A stretch of 10,160 nt of DNA, taken from positions 1-10,160 of the forward strand of contig JBFGLM010000095.1 in the NCBI GenBank assembly GCA_041576165.1, read 5' to 3'. The number at the start of each line of letters is the position of its first letter. Position 1 is the first letter of the stretch. Of this stretch, positions 1 to 6,862 are shown piece by piece. The stretch is from Acidimicrobiia bacterium (GTDB lineage Bacteria > Actinomycetota > Acidimicrobiia > Spongiisociales > Spongiisociaceae). The notes beneath the pieces are model-generated. The model made no database searches. It saw only the letters and a program-made list of their open reading frames with translations, and was not told where the DNA came from. The position numbers were made by a program, and so were the translations under genes.

Positions 1-874
1 CCGCCCGGGCCACGTCGTCGGCCCGAGGCCTCGTGTCGAGCTCGACACCCCAGTGGATTGTGACGAAGACCAGGTCTGCCAGCTCATCAGCTGCCGCCAC
101 CGCCTCAACCATGGTCTCGATGGTGTCACCATCGGCCATCCCCGGCCGATCGTCGGTCGCAATCCAGGATGCGGCTGGGACCACGCCGCCGAACCCGACC
201 ACGGCCACCGTCCATCCGTCTATGTCGAACAGGGCCGGGGCCGCGGCTTCGGTTGCATTGCGCCCGGCGCCGACCGGGGCGATTCCCGACGTGCGGAGCC
301 TCTCGATCGAGTCCAGAAGCGCGTCAACTCCGAAGTCGAGTGAGTGGTTGTTGCCCTGGTTTGCCACGTCTACTCCGCCGCTGACCATGTCGTCGAGCGC
401 GGCAGGATCGCACCGGAACGTGAACTCTTTTGGCACTGGGCTGCCACGGTCCGAGACCGGGCACTCGAGATTGATGATCGTGAGCGAATCGCGGGTGAAT
501 AGCCCGTCGAGCCCGCTGAAGGCGTATTCGTAGCCCTCACTACGAAACTCGCGGATGTAGTTGGGATCGACGTTGAAATCTCCCGTGGCGTGAACCACCA
601 AACGCCCTCGTGCGGGCGCCTGTCGGGAAGGCAACTCGCCGGTCACGTCCGGCGGAACCGGAGCCGCCGCGCTGGTGGTAGGTGGTGTGGGCGCGGGTGC
701 GGCCGCTGCCGCGGTGGTGGTGATCAGCGTGGTGGCGGGCGATGAGGCGACCACGGCCGCCGCTGCTGCATCTGCCGTCGCCGTATTCGACATGGGCTCG
801 ACCGGCTCAACCTGCGCGCCCAGGCAGGCGGTGAGCAAGGTGGTAGCGATGAGAGCCCGAGCAGCCCATCTCAT
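1..874 (-). CDS. CapA (PGA_cap, metallophosphoesterase-fold) family lipoprotein, 3' end beyond the window
   Basis: Not in the ORF track; translated by hand from ATG 874: MRWAARALIATTLLTAC (lipobox), an Ala/Thr/Pro linker, then HATGDFN, IINLECP, FTFRCDP, NQGNNHSLDFG, PVGAG and VTIHWGVE, which are CapA-family motifs. No stop codon before base 1. Confidence 0.9.
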   Translation of the reverse strand, partial: MRWAARALIATTLLTACLGAQVEPVEPMSNTATADAAAAAVVASSPATTLITTTAAAAAPAPTPPTTSAAAPVPPDVTGELPSRQAPARGRLVVHATGDFNVDPNYIREFRSEGYEYAFSGLDGLFTRDSLTIINLECPVSDRGSPVPKEFTFRCDPAALDDMVSGGVDVANQGNNHSLDFGVDALLDSIERLRTSGIAPVGAGRNATEAAAPALFDIDGWTVAVVGFGGVVPAASWIATDDRPGMADGDTIETMVEAVAAADELADLVFVTIHWGVELDTRPRADDVARA

Positions 875-881
875 CGTCCGC

Positions 882-887
882 ACCTTA
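882..887 (-). promoter_or_regulatory. Putative -10 element (TAAGGT), leaderless start of the CapA-family gene
   Basis: TANNNT hexamer 7 nt upstream of ATG 874. Confidence 0.5.
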
Positions 888-938
888 ACCGGCGGGCAGC
901 CAAATACCGGTTCTTCGTCGTTGCGCTCAGCCGCCCGG

Positions 939-944
939 TATCGT
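939..944 (+). promoter_or_regulatory. Putative -10 element (TATCGT) of the PotD-like gene
   Basis: TANNNT hexamer 8 nt upstream of GTG 953; no SD seen. Confidence 0.45.
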
Positions 945-952
945 CCGGCACC

Positions 953-2080
953 GTGTCTGCCAATCTCATGTGGCCGGGCGGTCGCTCAGGCTGGGCCGTT
1001 CCCATCGTGGCGGCTCTGACGATCGTCGCCGGAGCTTGCCGCACCGCGCCTGGCGAGCCAACTGAAGTGGAAGCCGCCGTCTGTGCCGCGGGACAGATCG
1101 ATGGCGACCTCCGCATCCATCTCGCAGAAGAGGTTCTGCCGCCAAGCGCAATCCCTGAGTTTGAGACGAGATTCGGGGTGACCGTCGAGACGACTTTCTA
1201 CGACAACCCGGACGAGCTGATCGCGCAGGTGGAGGCGCGAGTTTCCGACTACGACCTCATCATTCCCAACGACGAGACCATCGGCATCATGCGGGAGGAT
1301 GGGCTGCTGATCCCGCTGAGCCCCGACGCTCTGCCGGGGGCCGTCAACCTCATGATGCTGTTCCAGAACCCCCCGTACGACCCGGCCTCGGAGCATTCGA
1401 TCCCGTATACCTGGGGCACCGTCGGGCTGGGGGTGAACGTAAACGTCGCCGGGGGTGCCGTCCCCGCCACGTGGGGCCTGGTCTTTGATCCGGTCATGGC
1501 GGAACGGTTCGCCGGCCGGGTGTCACTCGTGGACGACGCGCGGTTGGCATTGGGCGCAGCACTCAAATACCTCGGTTACTCGCTGAACTCGGACGATGAC
1601 GCGGAAATCGAACAGGCGGCAGAGCTGCTGGCCCAGTCGCGTGATTACCTGGCGGGATTCACCACGCTCGCCGGCAGCGTCGAACTCGTGGACGGCGAAA
1701 CCGATGTGGCCCAAGGTCCGTCGGGTGAGATGTTCGACGCATTCGAAGCTGCCGGGGCCTGGGATGATTACACCTACGTCATACCAGCGGAAGGCGCTCC
1801 GATCACCGTGCAAGCCATGGCCATTCCGGTGACTGCTACCCACCCCTGCACGGCACACACGTTCATCGACTTTCTGCTGGATCCGGCGCGGGGAGCCGAG
1901 GCGGCTCGCTGGAATCGGGCGGCCAGCCCCAACCAAGCCTCCAATGACCTGCTGCCCGAGACGTTCAAATCCGATCCGGCGCTGTATCCGTCGGCGCAGA
2001 CGATGGCCAACCTGGAGTTTGTGGCCGATACGGAGGCCGACGGCGAATACGTTGACGCGTTCGAACGGGCCCGCCGCTGA
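953..2080 (+). CDS. PotD/PotF-family ABC transporter substrate-binding lipoprotein (divergent binding pocket)
   Basis: Lipobox IVAGAC; PotD-family scaffold motifs YDLIIP, PYDP..HSIPYTWG, DDAR..GAALKYLGYSLN, PAEG...MAIP, FIDFLLDP, SPN and LYP. Alternative start ATG 968. Confidence 0.9.
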   Translation: MSANLMWPGGRSGWAVPIVAALTIVAGACRTAPGEPTEVEAAVCAAGQIDGDLRIHLAEEVLPPSAIPEFETRFGVTVETTFYDNPDELIAQVEARVSDYDLIIPNDETIGIMREDGLLIPLSPDALPGAVNLMMLFQNPPYDPASEHSIPYTWGTVGLGVNVNVAGGAVPATWGLVFDPVMAERFAGRVSLVDDARLALGAALKYLGYSLNSDDDAEIEQAAELLAQSRDYLAGFTTLAGSVELVDGETDVAQGPSGEMFDAFEAAGAWDDYTYVIPAEGAPITVQAMAIPVTATHPCTAHTFIDFLLDPARGAEAARWNRAASPNQASNDLLPETFKSDPALYPSAQTMANLEFVADTEADGEYVDAFERARR

Positions 2081-2104
2081 GGGCACCCGGCGTGACTCCG
2101 GCGG

Positions 2105-2692
2105 TCAGTGCCGGATGCGGCGCAACGGTGTGATCCCGCCAAGCTGGGCGGCGGCACCGAACCCCTCGGCCAGTGACTGGACGGTTTCATGTGCGTTGAG
2201 GCCCGACGGATTCCCAAATAGAAAGGTCGGTATCCCGGCGATATCTAGCGGCTGGCGGCCTCGCCGGGCGCCTGGACGGTGGAAGCCCTGCCGGTACGCA
2301 GTGATCCCAAGCACAGCGACGGCTTGTGGCTTCCAGCGCAAGAGGCGCTCGTGCAGCTCGATGGCGCCGGCGCTGATCTCGTCTTCGTTCAGTTCGTCGG
2401 CCCGCGCCGTGGCCCGGTTCACGAAGTTGGTGATGGCGATGCCTCGTTCGATGATGTGGCGTCGCTCGGCGCTGGTCAGGCCGGCAGCCGGGTCGACGGG
2501 TCGGCGAATCAGCCCCGCGGCTACCAGCGCCGGCCAGAACCGGTTTCCGGGACGAGCGAACGGGGTGTTGGTTGCGGCGGTCCATAGTCCGGGATTGATG
2601 CCCACGAACACCAGGCGCGGTTCACCGCCGGCCAGATCATCGACCGGGGCATTGGCGTACGCAGCGAGTTCATCGCGGGTTGGGCGGGGCAT
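2105..2692 (-). CDS. mug: G/U mismatch-specific DNA glycosylase (UDG family 2, Mug/TDG)
   Basis: VFVGINPG catalytic motif, FARPGNRFWPAL, GIAITN, LGITAYR and NPSGLNAH. Start ATG 2692 (MPRPTRDEL) chosen over 2719 because it resembles recalled homologue N-termini. Confidence 0.92.
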   Translation of the reverse strand: MPRPTRDELAAYANAPVDDLAGGEPRLVFVGINPGLWTAATNTPFARPGNRFWPALVAAGLIRRPVDPAAGLTSAERRHIIERGIAITNFVNRATARADELNEDEISAGAIELHERLLRWKPQAVAVLGITAYRQGFHRPGARRGRQPLDIAGIPTFLFGNPSGLNAHETVQSLAEGFGAAAQLGGITPLRRIRH

Positions 2693-2753
2693 CAGCCATA
2701 CCAGGCATCTGACGACCATACCTCAGGTGGGCCGGCCGCCATCCGAGCGGGTC

Positions 2754-2759
2754 TAACGT
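2754..2759 (+). promoter_or_regulatory. Putative -10 element (TAACGT), leaderless start of the hypothetical gene
   Basis: TANNNT hexamer 6 nt upstream of ATG 2766. Confidence 0.5.
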
Positions 2760-2765
2760 GCGGGG

Positions 2766-3344
2766 ATGGCAGCCCAGGCGACGCTGGTGTCGGTGATCGC
2801 GGCCAAGGCCGTAGAGATCGTGGTGGCTGCCGACGAGCTGGCAACCAACGTGCACGCGATAGATCGAGCGCCCGATCGAGGCGAGGATGTCTCATCGGTC
2901 AGAGAGCTGTGGGGCGCTGTGAAACGCAAGCCGCCCGTCTACGCGCTGGCTCCTTTCGATCCTCTGCGGCAGCTGGTCGAAGCATGGTCAGCGCGTCTCG
3001 TTGGAACGACCGATGACCTGGAGCTCATGATCGGGCTGACGACCGGCGTCGAGATACCGGATTTCTACCTGGTGGACGAGCGCACCCCTGCGCCCGCCGG
3101 CGCGTGGTATTTCGAGATGCTCTACTCCGAAGCGCCCCGACGCGTGCACGCATTCGATGGCACCGCCCAGGGGGTCATACGAGAGTTGCGTGCGCTCCGG
3201 GCGGGACCAGAGCTGCCCAGCGCAGGTCGGATCGGAGAACGGGCGCGGTCGTTCATTCCCGGGACTGTGGGCCTAAGAACCACGACGGTCGGAACTGATC
3301 GGTCGCAGCGGGCGGCCCCGGCTGGGCAACGATCAGCCGAATGA
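2766..3344 (+). CDS. Hypothetical protein (192 aa)
   Basis: Globular-looking composition (FDPLRQLVEAW, IPDFYLVD, WYFEML); fills the gap between mug and the PH gene; -10 element at leaderless spacing. Its 3' end overlaps the convergent gene by 12 nt. Confidence 0.8.
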   Translation: MAAQATLVSVIAAKAVEIVVAADELATNVHAIDRAPDRGEDVSSVRELWGAVKRKPPVYALAPFDPLRQLVEAWSARLVGTTDDLELMIGLTTGVEIPDFYLVDERTPAPAGAWYFEMLYSEAPRRVHAFDGTAQGVIRELRALRAGPELPSAGRIGERARSFIPGTVGLRTTTVGTDRSQRAAPAGQRSAE

Positions 3345-3998
3345 CCAGCCGGGCGGCAGGTCGCGAACGTGGTCGCGATTTGGGGTCTTGCCAAGTGCGA
3401 CCGTCATCACCAGCTGATAGAAGAATTCGGGCTCGGGGACGAAGCGAAGTTCAGTGAAAGCCTGTTCCTGGCCTGCCGACTCGACCATGAAATGTCCGTA
3501 TCCAAAAAGCTGACCCATCACCGTTTCGTCGAGCCGGATGTCGGTGAGGGCCCGCAGGTTCATGGTGGCAGTTTGCGTTGTGAATATGCCGGAACGTCGG
3601 ACGATACGGCCGGTGGTCAGAACGAAGGTGGTCCAGCGGTAGTCGAGCCACGTGAAACCCGAGTACATGACCAATCCAACGAACAGCCAGGCCAGGAATC
3701 CCTCGTAGCGCTCAGCGAGCACCACCAGCAGACCCACCAGGAGCAAGATCCACGGCAATCCCAGCTTTCTCATTGCTCCCACCCGGCTGGCTACGACGGC
3801 TACCAGCAGGGCGACAGCGGCGATCACCCGCACATTGCTACCCCAGAAGGCCCCGACCACTCCCACCAGCGCGGTTATGAGCACCGGCGTCACCCATACC
3901 AACCAGTGGAACTTGCCGATGATGATCGGTTCCTCGTCCATGCCGAGGAACAGAAAGTCGTTCAGTGCGTCGGTGGGGAAGTTCCTTTTCCGTACCAC
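3333..3998 (-). CDS. Membrane protein with C-terminal bacterial PH (bPH_2) domain
   Basis: C-terminal part of the 520-aa track ORF: about four hydrophobic segments followed by FVLTTGRIVRRSGIFT...LTDI...MGQLFGYGHFMVESAGQEQ...VPEP, typical of bPH_2. GTG 3998 is the likely start, but it is uncertain. Confidence 0.85.
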   Translation of the reverse strand: MVRKRNFPTDALNDFLFLGMDEEPIIIGKFHWLVWVTPVLITALVGVVGAFWGSNVRVIAAVALLVAVVASRVGAMRKLGLPWILLLVGLLVVLAERYEGFLAWLFVGLVMYSGFTWLDYRWTTFVLTTGRIVRRSGIFTTQTATMNLRALTDIRLDETVMGQLFGYGHFMVESAGQEQAFTELRFVPEPEFFYQLVMTVALGKTPNRDHVRDLPPGWSFG

Positions 3999-4045
3999 TT
4001 CGTACCTGTCTGTGTGAGCGAGTTTGGGGGGGCGGCCGGCGCGGG

Positions 4046-4204
4046 TCAGGCGTTGAGAACGCCGCGCACAAAGGAGGCAGATTGCTCTGCAAGTCGTCCG
4101 ATCAACTCGCCCGTGTTCGAGACGACCTGGGCTGCCTCGTTGGGTGACTGAACTATCAGATAGAACGCGAACGCAACCAGCGCCCAGCCGATATATCTCT
4201 TCAC
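4046..4204 (-). CDS. Small (52 aa) membrane protein
   Basis: Below the ORF-track cutoff: GTG 4204 to TGA 4046 gives MKRYIGWALVAFAFYLIVQSPNEAAQVVSNTGELIGRLAEQSASFVRGVLNA. GGAG SD 8 nt upstream; basic N-terminus, one TM helix, SP-x-xAA turn and an amphipathic tail. Confidence 0.82.
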   Translation of the reverse strand: MKRYIGWALVAFAFYLIVQSPNEAAQVVSNTGELIGRLAEQSASFVRGVLNA

Positions 4205-4257
4205 GTGTGGATCTCCGGCTCGGTCCCCGCTCCGCTTCAGACGGCGCCAGCGAGTCC

Positions 4258-4263
4258 ATCATA
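4258..4263 (-). promoter_or_regulatory. Putative -10 element (TATGAT) for the small-protein/PH-domain pair
   Basis: Near-consensus TATGAT overlapping the NERD stop codon, about 55 nt upstream of GTG 4204. Confidence 0.5.
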
Positions 4264-4951
4264 GTGGCCGGGAACGCCGCAGGCTCGGATCGGGGCCATT
4301 TGCCAGGTTTTCGGCCAGCGCACGGCCCTCGCCTCGTTCGAGCCTGCGGGGCAGCTTGCGCAGCACCCGGGGCAAGCTGGCCGCCGCGCACACGGTCACA
4401 GGCTGCCCTGCCACCTGGAGCCGCTTGGGGCGACCGACCATGTCCGTCACGCACACGACTGGATCGATCCACACCCCAGCGTCCAGTAATCCGGCCAGGC
4501 GGGCGGAAGCCGCAATGGCCTGGCGGGAGGGTCGACCCGGGAGCCGGCGGCCACCTGCTGAGATCGATCCATCGGGACGCACTCTGACTCGCCCGGCGGC
4601 ACGCTTCACCTCGATCGCGGCGGCGATGGGGCCGAGGGCCACGATGTCTACATCCGTGTCTCCCAGACCGACATCGAAAAGAACGGCTTCGGCCCGCGCT
4701 CGTTTGAGGAATGTTGCTGTCTGCGCTTCGGCGGATGCGCCGGCTGCCGCCCGTACCCGACGGTGATGCGACCTGCGGGCGAACCACCATCCGCCGGCCC
4801 CGATCAGGAGACCCACCGCCGTCCAGCCTGCGACCATCGCCGCCCCGGCCGCGAGCACACTGCCGACAACCGCAACGTGGCGCCGCCGGGACCATTTTGC
4901 GGCCATGATGCTGGCGTTCTGACCGGGTAATCCATAGAAGCGTGTTCGCAT
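4259..4951 (-). CDS. Membrane-anchored NERD-domain (PD-(D/E)xK) nuclease-related protein
   Basis: N-terminal hydrophobic stretch (VAVVGSVLAAGAAMVAGWTAVGLLIGAGGWWFA), then GASAE, FDV, DVDIVALGP, IEVK and DPVVC, the NERD motif order. ATG 4951 lies 7 nt after TAGGGT. Confidence 0.85.
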   Translation of the reverse strand: MRTRFYGLPGQNASIMAAKWSRRRHVAVVGSVLAAGAAMVAGWTAVGLLIGAGGWWFARRSHHRRVRAAAGASAEAQTATFLKRARAEAVLFDVGLGDTDVDIVALGPIAAAIEVKRAAGRVRVRPDGSISAGGRRLPGRPSRQAIAASARLAGLLDAGVWIDPVVCVTDMVGRPKRLQVAGQPVTVCAAASLPRVLRKLPRRLERGEGRALAENLANGPDPSLRRSRPL

Positions 4952-4958
4952 GCCTGGC

Positions 4959-4964
4959 ACCCTA
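4959..4964 (-). promoter_or_regulatory. Putative -10 element (TAGGGT), leaderless start of the NERD gene
   Basis: TANNNT hexamer 7 nt upstream of ATG 4951. Confidence 0.5.
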
Positions 4965-5012
4965 TGGAGCGGGTGTGACAGATTCCGGCCGGGAGGCTTT
5001 CTGACCGGGGCC

Positions 5013-6728
5013 TCAGTTGCGTAGCGCACGGCTCAAAACACGGGCGAACGCCAGCGGATTCGGGTTCGCTTCGAAGAACGTCGTCGCCTCCAGCACATCG
5101 TCGGCCGACCGGTGCGATGGAAACCACGTGGGCTTGGGGAACGTCCGCCACGGAGACCGGACGATCGTCTTCTCGACGCCGTCCAGCATCAGGCTGTTGT
5201 GGACGACGCCCACGCCGGATTGGATGTCCTCGGGCGTGTGACCGGGGTATGCCCCCCACGGCGTGGTCGCCATCGCATACCCGAATCCGGACCATGCATT
5301 GATCGCAACGGTGCCGTAACGAAGGTCGGCGATCGCCCGCTCGAGGCCGGCGGCAACGTCCGGGTGGGACATGGTGGCCGGGTGAATGAAGATCGAGATG
5401 CCCAGCGTGCCCAGTACCCGTTCGTTGCAGAAACGCACGGCTTCGTCGAGGAATGACACCGGATCGGATGCCGGAATCGCCAGCTCGCCGGTCAACGCTA
5501 CGAACGCCTCCTCCCGGAAGCAGATCTCGTCCGACTGCTCTGGATCGAGATCCCGAATGATCGTCCAGGGCACGCCGGTGCTCGCCCCGATCAGCTGCGC
5601 ATCGGGATGCGCGGTGACGAAGCGAGCGTGACGTGCTTGCGCTCCGGGGTAGTAGGGCTCTCGAACCGGCGTTGCCCGCATCGCTGCTTCGATTTGTTGC
5701 ATCAGTGCATCTCGTAGCTCCCACGACGACTCCTGAATCAGCAGGCGGGAGGTGATGCAGTTGAATCCGGCGTTGTGCATGACCGTGGCCGCGACGTTCT
5801 CGGCCTGATAGCTGAGATCTCGGTCCGACCACGGTCCCGGTACGAGGATGGCGGGCGTGACGTTTCCGAGTTCGGCGGTCACCGGCTTGGCGAGGACGGC
5901 TCCATCACCGGCTTTCCGCGGACGCCCGTCTTGATCGGTTCCGAACACGATATGCCGGTACGTCTCTTCGGACCCCGTTATGTGTACGGCATCGATTCGA
6001 TCGTCGTGGACCAGTGCCCGGCCCAGATCGGCCCCTCCTTCTACGATCGCCAGTGCCCCGGCCTCGATGAATGGACGCAGCGCATGACCCAGCACATCGG
6101 ACATGTACCCAACGACCGGGCTGATCTTGAGCATCACAACGGTTCGCTCCACGAGCAGCTTGTAGAGGGCGTCCATCGGCGCGATAGAGGTGATGTTGCC
6201 TGCGCCCAGGACGAGGACGGCGCGCGGTGGGGGTGGACGTTCGGGGTCATGTGCGGCCGCTTGCCGAACCCGGACATCAGCCACACCGAGTCCCGGTTGC
6301 ATCCAGGTCTCGGCGGTGACCCCAGGAAAGAGCAGCCGGTCCCAGGTGTCAAAAGGATACGTCGGCACGATGACTCTGCCCGACGGCCCGCGCCGGACGG
6401 CACCGGGGATTCGCGGCTTGTCCCCCCGAGCCAGGTCCCGCAGCGACGCCTCGATCGTACGCAGGTAGTGGAGCAGCGCCCAGGGACCTGATTGCCATTC
6501 TTCCGACACCGGCGGAGTGCCCAACGTGATGCCTTTGGCTTTGGCTGCCGCCTCGGTCCATTCCCGGGCTACAGCCGCAGTCGTGCTGCGAGCAGCACTC
6601 ACCAGCTCCACCAGGCGGGCCGACGGCGCCGCCGCCCACCCGGCGGCAGTTGCCCGTAACCCGTCCAGCTGATCGGAGATCGCCGACCCACACTCGATCG
6701 CGCGTACTCCAGTCATCTGTCGTTCCAC
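5013..6728 (-). CDS. Aldehyde dehydrogenase family protein
   Basis: LGAGN, LKISP, EGGADLG, HITGS (NAD(P) binding), AELG (catalytic Glu), NAGFNC (catalytic Cys), EEAF and YGTVAIN. Confidence 0.92.
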   Translation of the reverse strand: MERQMTGVRAIECGSAISDQLDGLRATAAGWAAAPSARLVELVSAARSTTAAVAREWTEAAAKAKGITLGTPPVSEEWQSGPWALLHYLRTIEASLRDLARGDKPRIPGAVRRGPSGRVIVPTYPFDTWDRLLFPGVTAETWMQPGLGVADVRVRQAAAHDPERPPPPRAVLVLGAGNITSIAPMDALYKLLVERTVVMLKISPVVGYMSDVLGHALRPFIEAGALAIVEGGADLGRALVHDDRIDAVHITGSEETYRHIVFGTDQDGRPRKAGDGAVLAKPVTAELGNVTPAILVPGPWSDRDLSYQAENVAATVMHNAGFNCITSRLLIQESSWELRDALMQQIEAAMRATPVREPYYPGAQARHARFVTAHPDAQLIGASTGVPWTIIRDLDPEQSDEICFREEAFVALTGELAIPASDPVSFLDEAVRFCNERVLGTLGISIFIHPATMSHPDVAAGLERAIADLRYGTVAINAWSGFGYAMATTPWGAYPGHTPEDIQSGVGVVHNSLMLDGVEKTIVRSPWRTFPKPTWFPSHRSADDVLEATTFFEANPNPLAFARVLSRALRN

Positions 6729-6734
6729 CAGCTC

Positions 6735-6740
6735 ACTCTA
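6735..6740 (-). promoter_or_regulatory. Putative -10 element (TAGAGT), leaderless start of the aldehyde dehydrogenase gene
   Basis: TANNNT hexamer 6 nt upstream of GTG 6728. Confidence 0.5.
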
Positions 6741-6850
6741 TGACGTTCCCGCTCGGTTCGGCGCGCCCGATGACTGGGCTCGACAGGTGGCCGTCCCGAG
6801 GAACGGTCGAGGGCTGGCAGAGTATCCCGGATCGTCCGGGCAGCGCCCGG

Positions 6851-6856
6851 TACACT
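6851..6856 (+). promoter_or_regulatory. Putative -10 element (TACACT), leaderless start of rnhB
   Basis: TACACT 6 nt upstream of in-frame GTG 6863. Confidence 0.55.
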
Positions 6857-6862
6857 CGGCCG

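Noticed and set aside
33-1019. Plus-strand ORFs 33..533 and 675..1019
   Set aside because: Antisense shadows of the CapA-family gene.
4026-4032. G7 homopolymer as a phase-variation tract
   Set aside because: Short, intergenic and unremarkable in a high-GC genome.
3369-4151. His/Gln-rich 260-aa plus-strand ORF
   Set aside because: Antisense shadow of the Val/Leu codons of the PH membrane protein.
3999-4895. N-terminal ~300 aa of the 520-aa ORF 3333..4895 as a large fusion protein
   Set aside because: Arg/Gly/Pro-rich alternative-frame read-through over the NERD and 52-aa genes; long stop-free frames are expected at this GC content.
4985-5008. Possible terminator stem after ALDH (similar weak stems at 2081-2104 and 7562-7586)
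   Set aside because: Imperfect stems with large loops and no U-tract; too weak to call.
4804-6491. ORFs 4804..5832 (-) and 5775..6491 (+)
   Set aside because: Alternative-frame or antisense overlaps of the ALDH gene, with no recognisable motifs.
6765-6840. Inverted repeats (CTCGAC/GTCGAG, CCCGGA/TCCGGG) between ALDH and rnhB as an ncRNA
   Set aside because: Short GC-rich stems lying between two outward-facing promoters, with no family I recognise. Operator function cannot be excluded.
6650-6862. 71-aa N-terminal extension of RNase HII
   Set aside because: It overlaps the divergent ALDH start; TACACT-N6-GTG supports a start at 6863.
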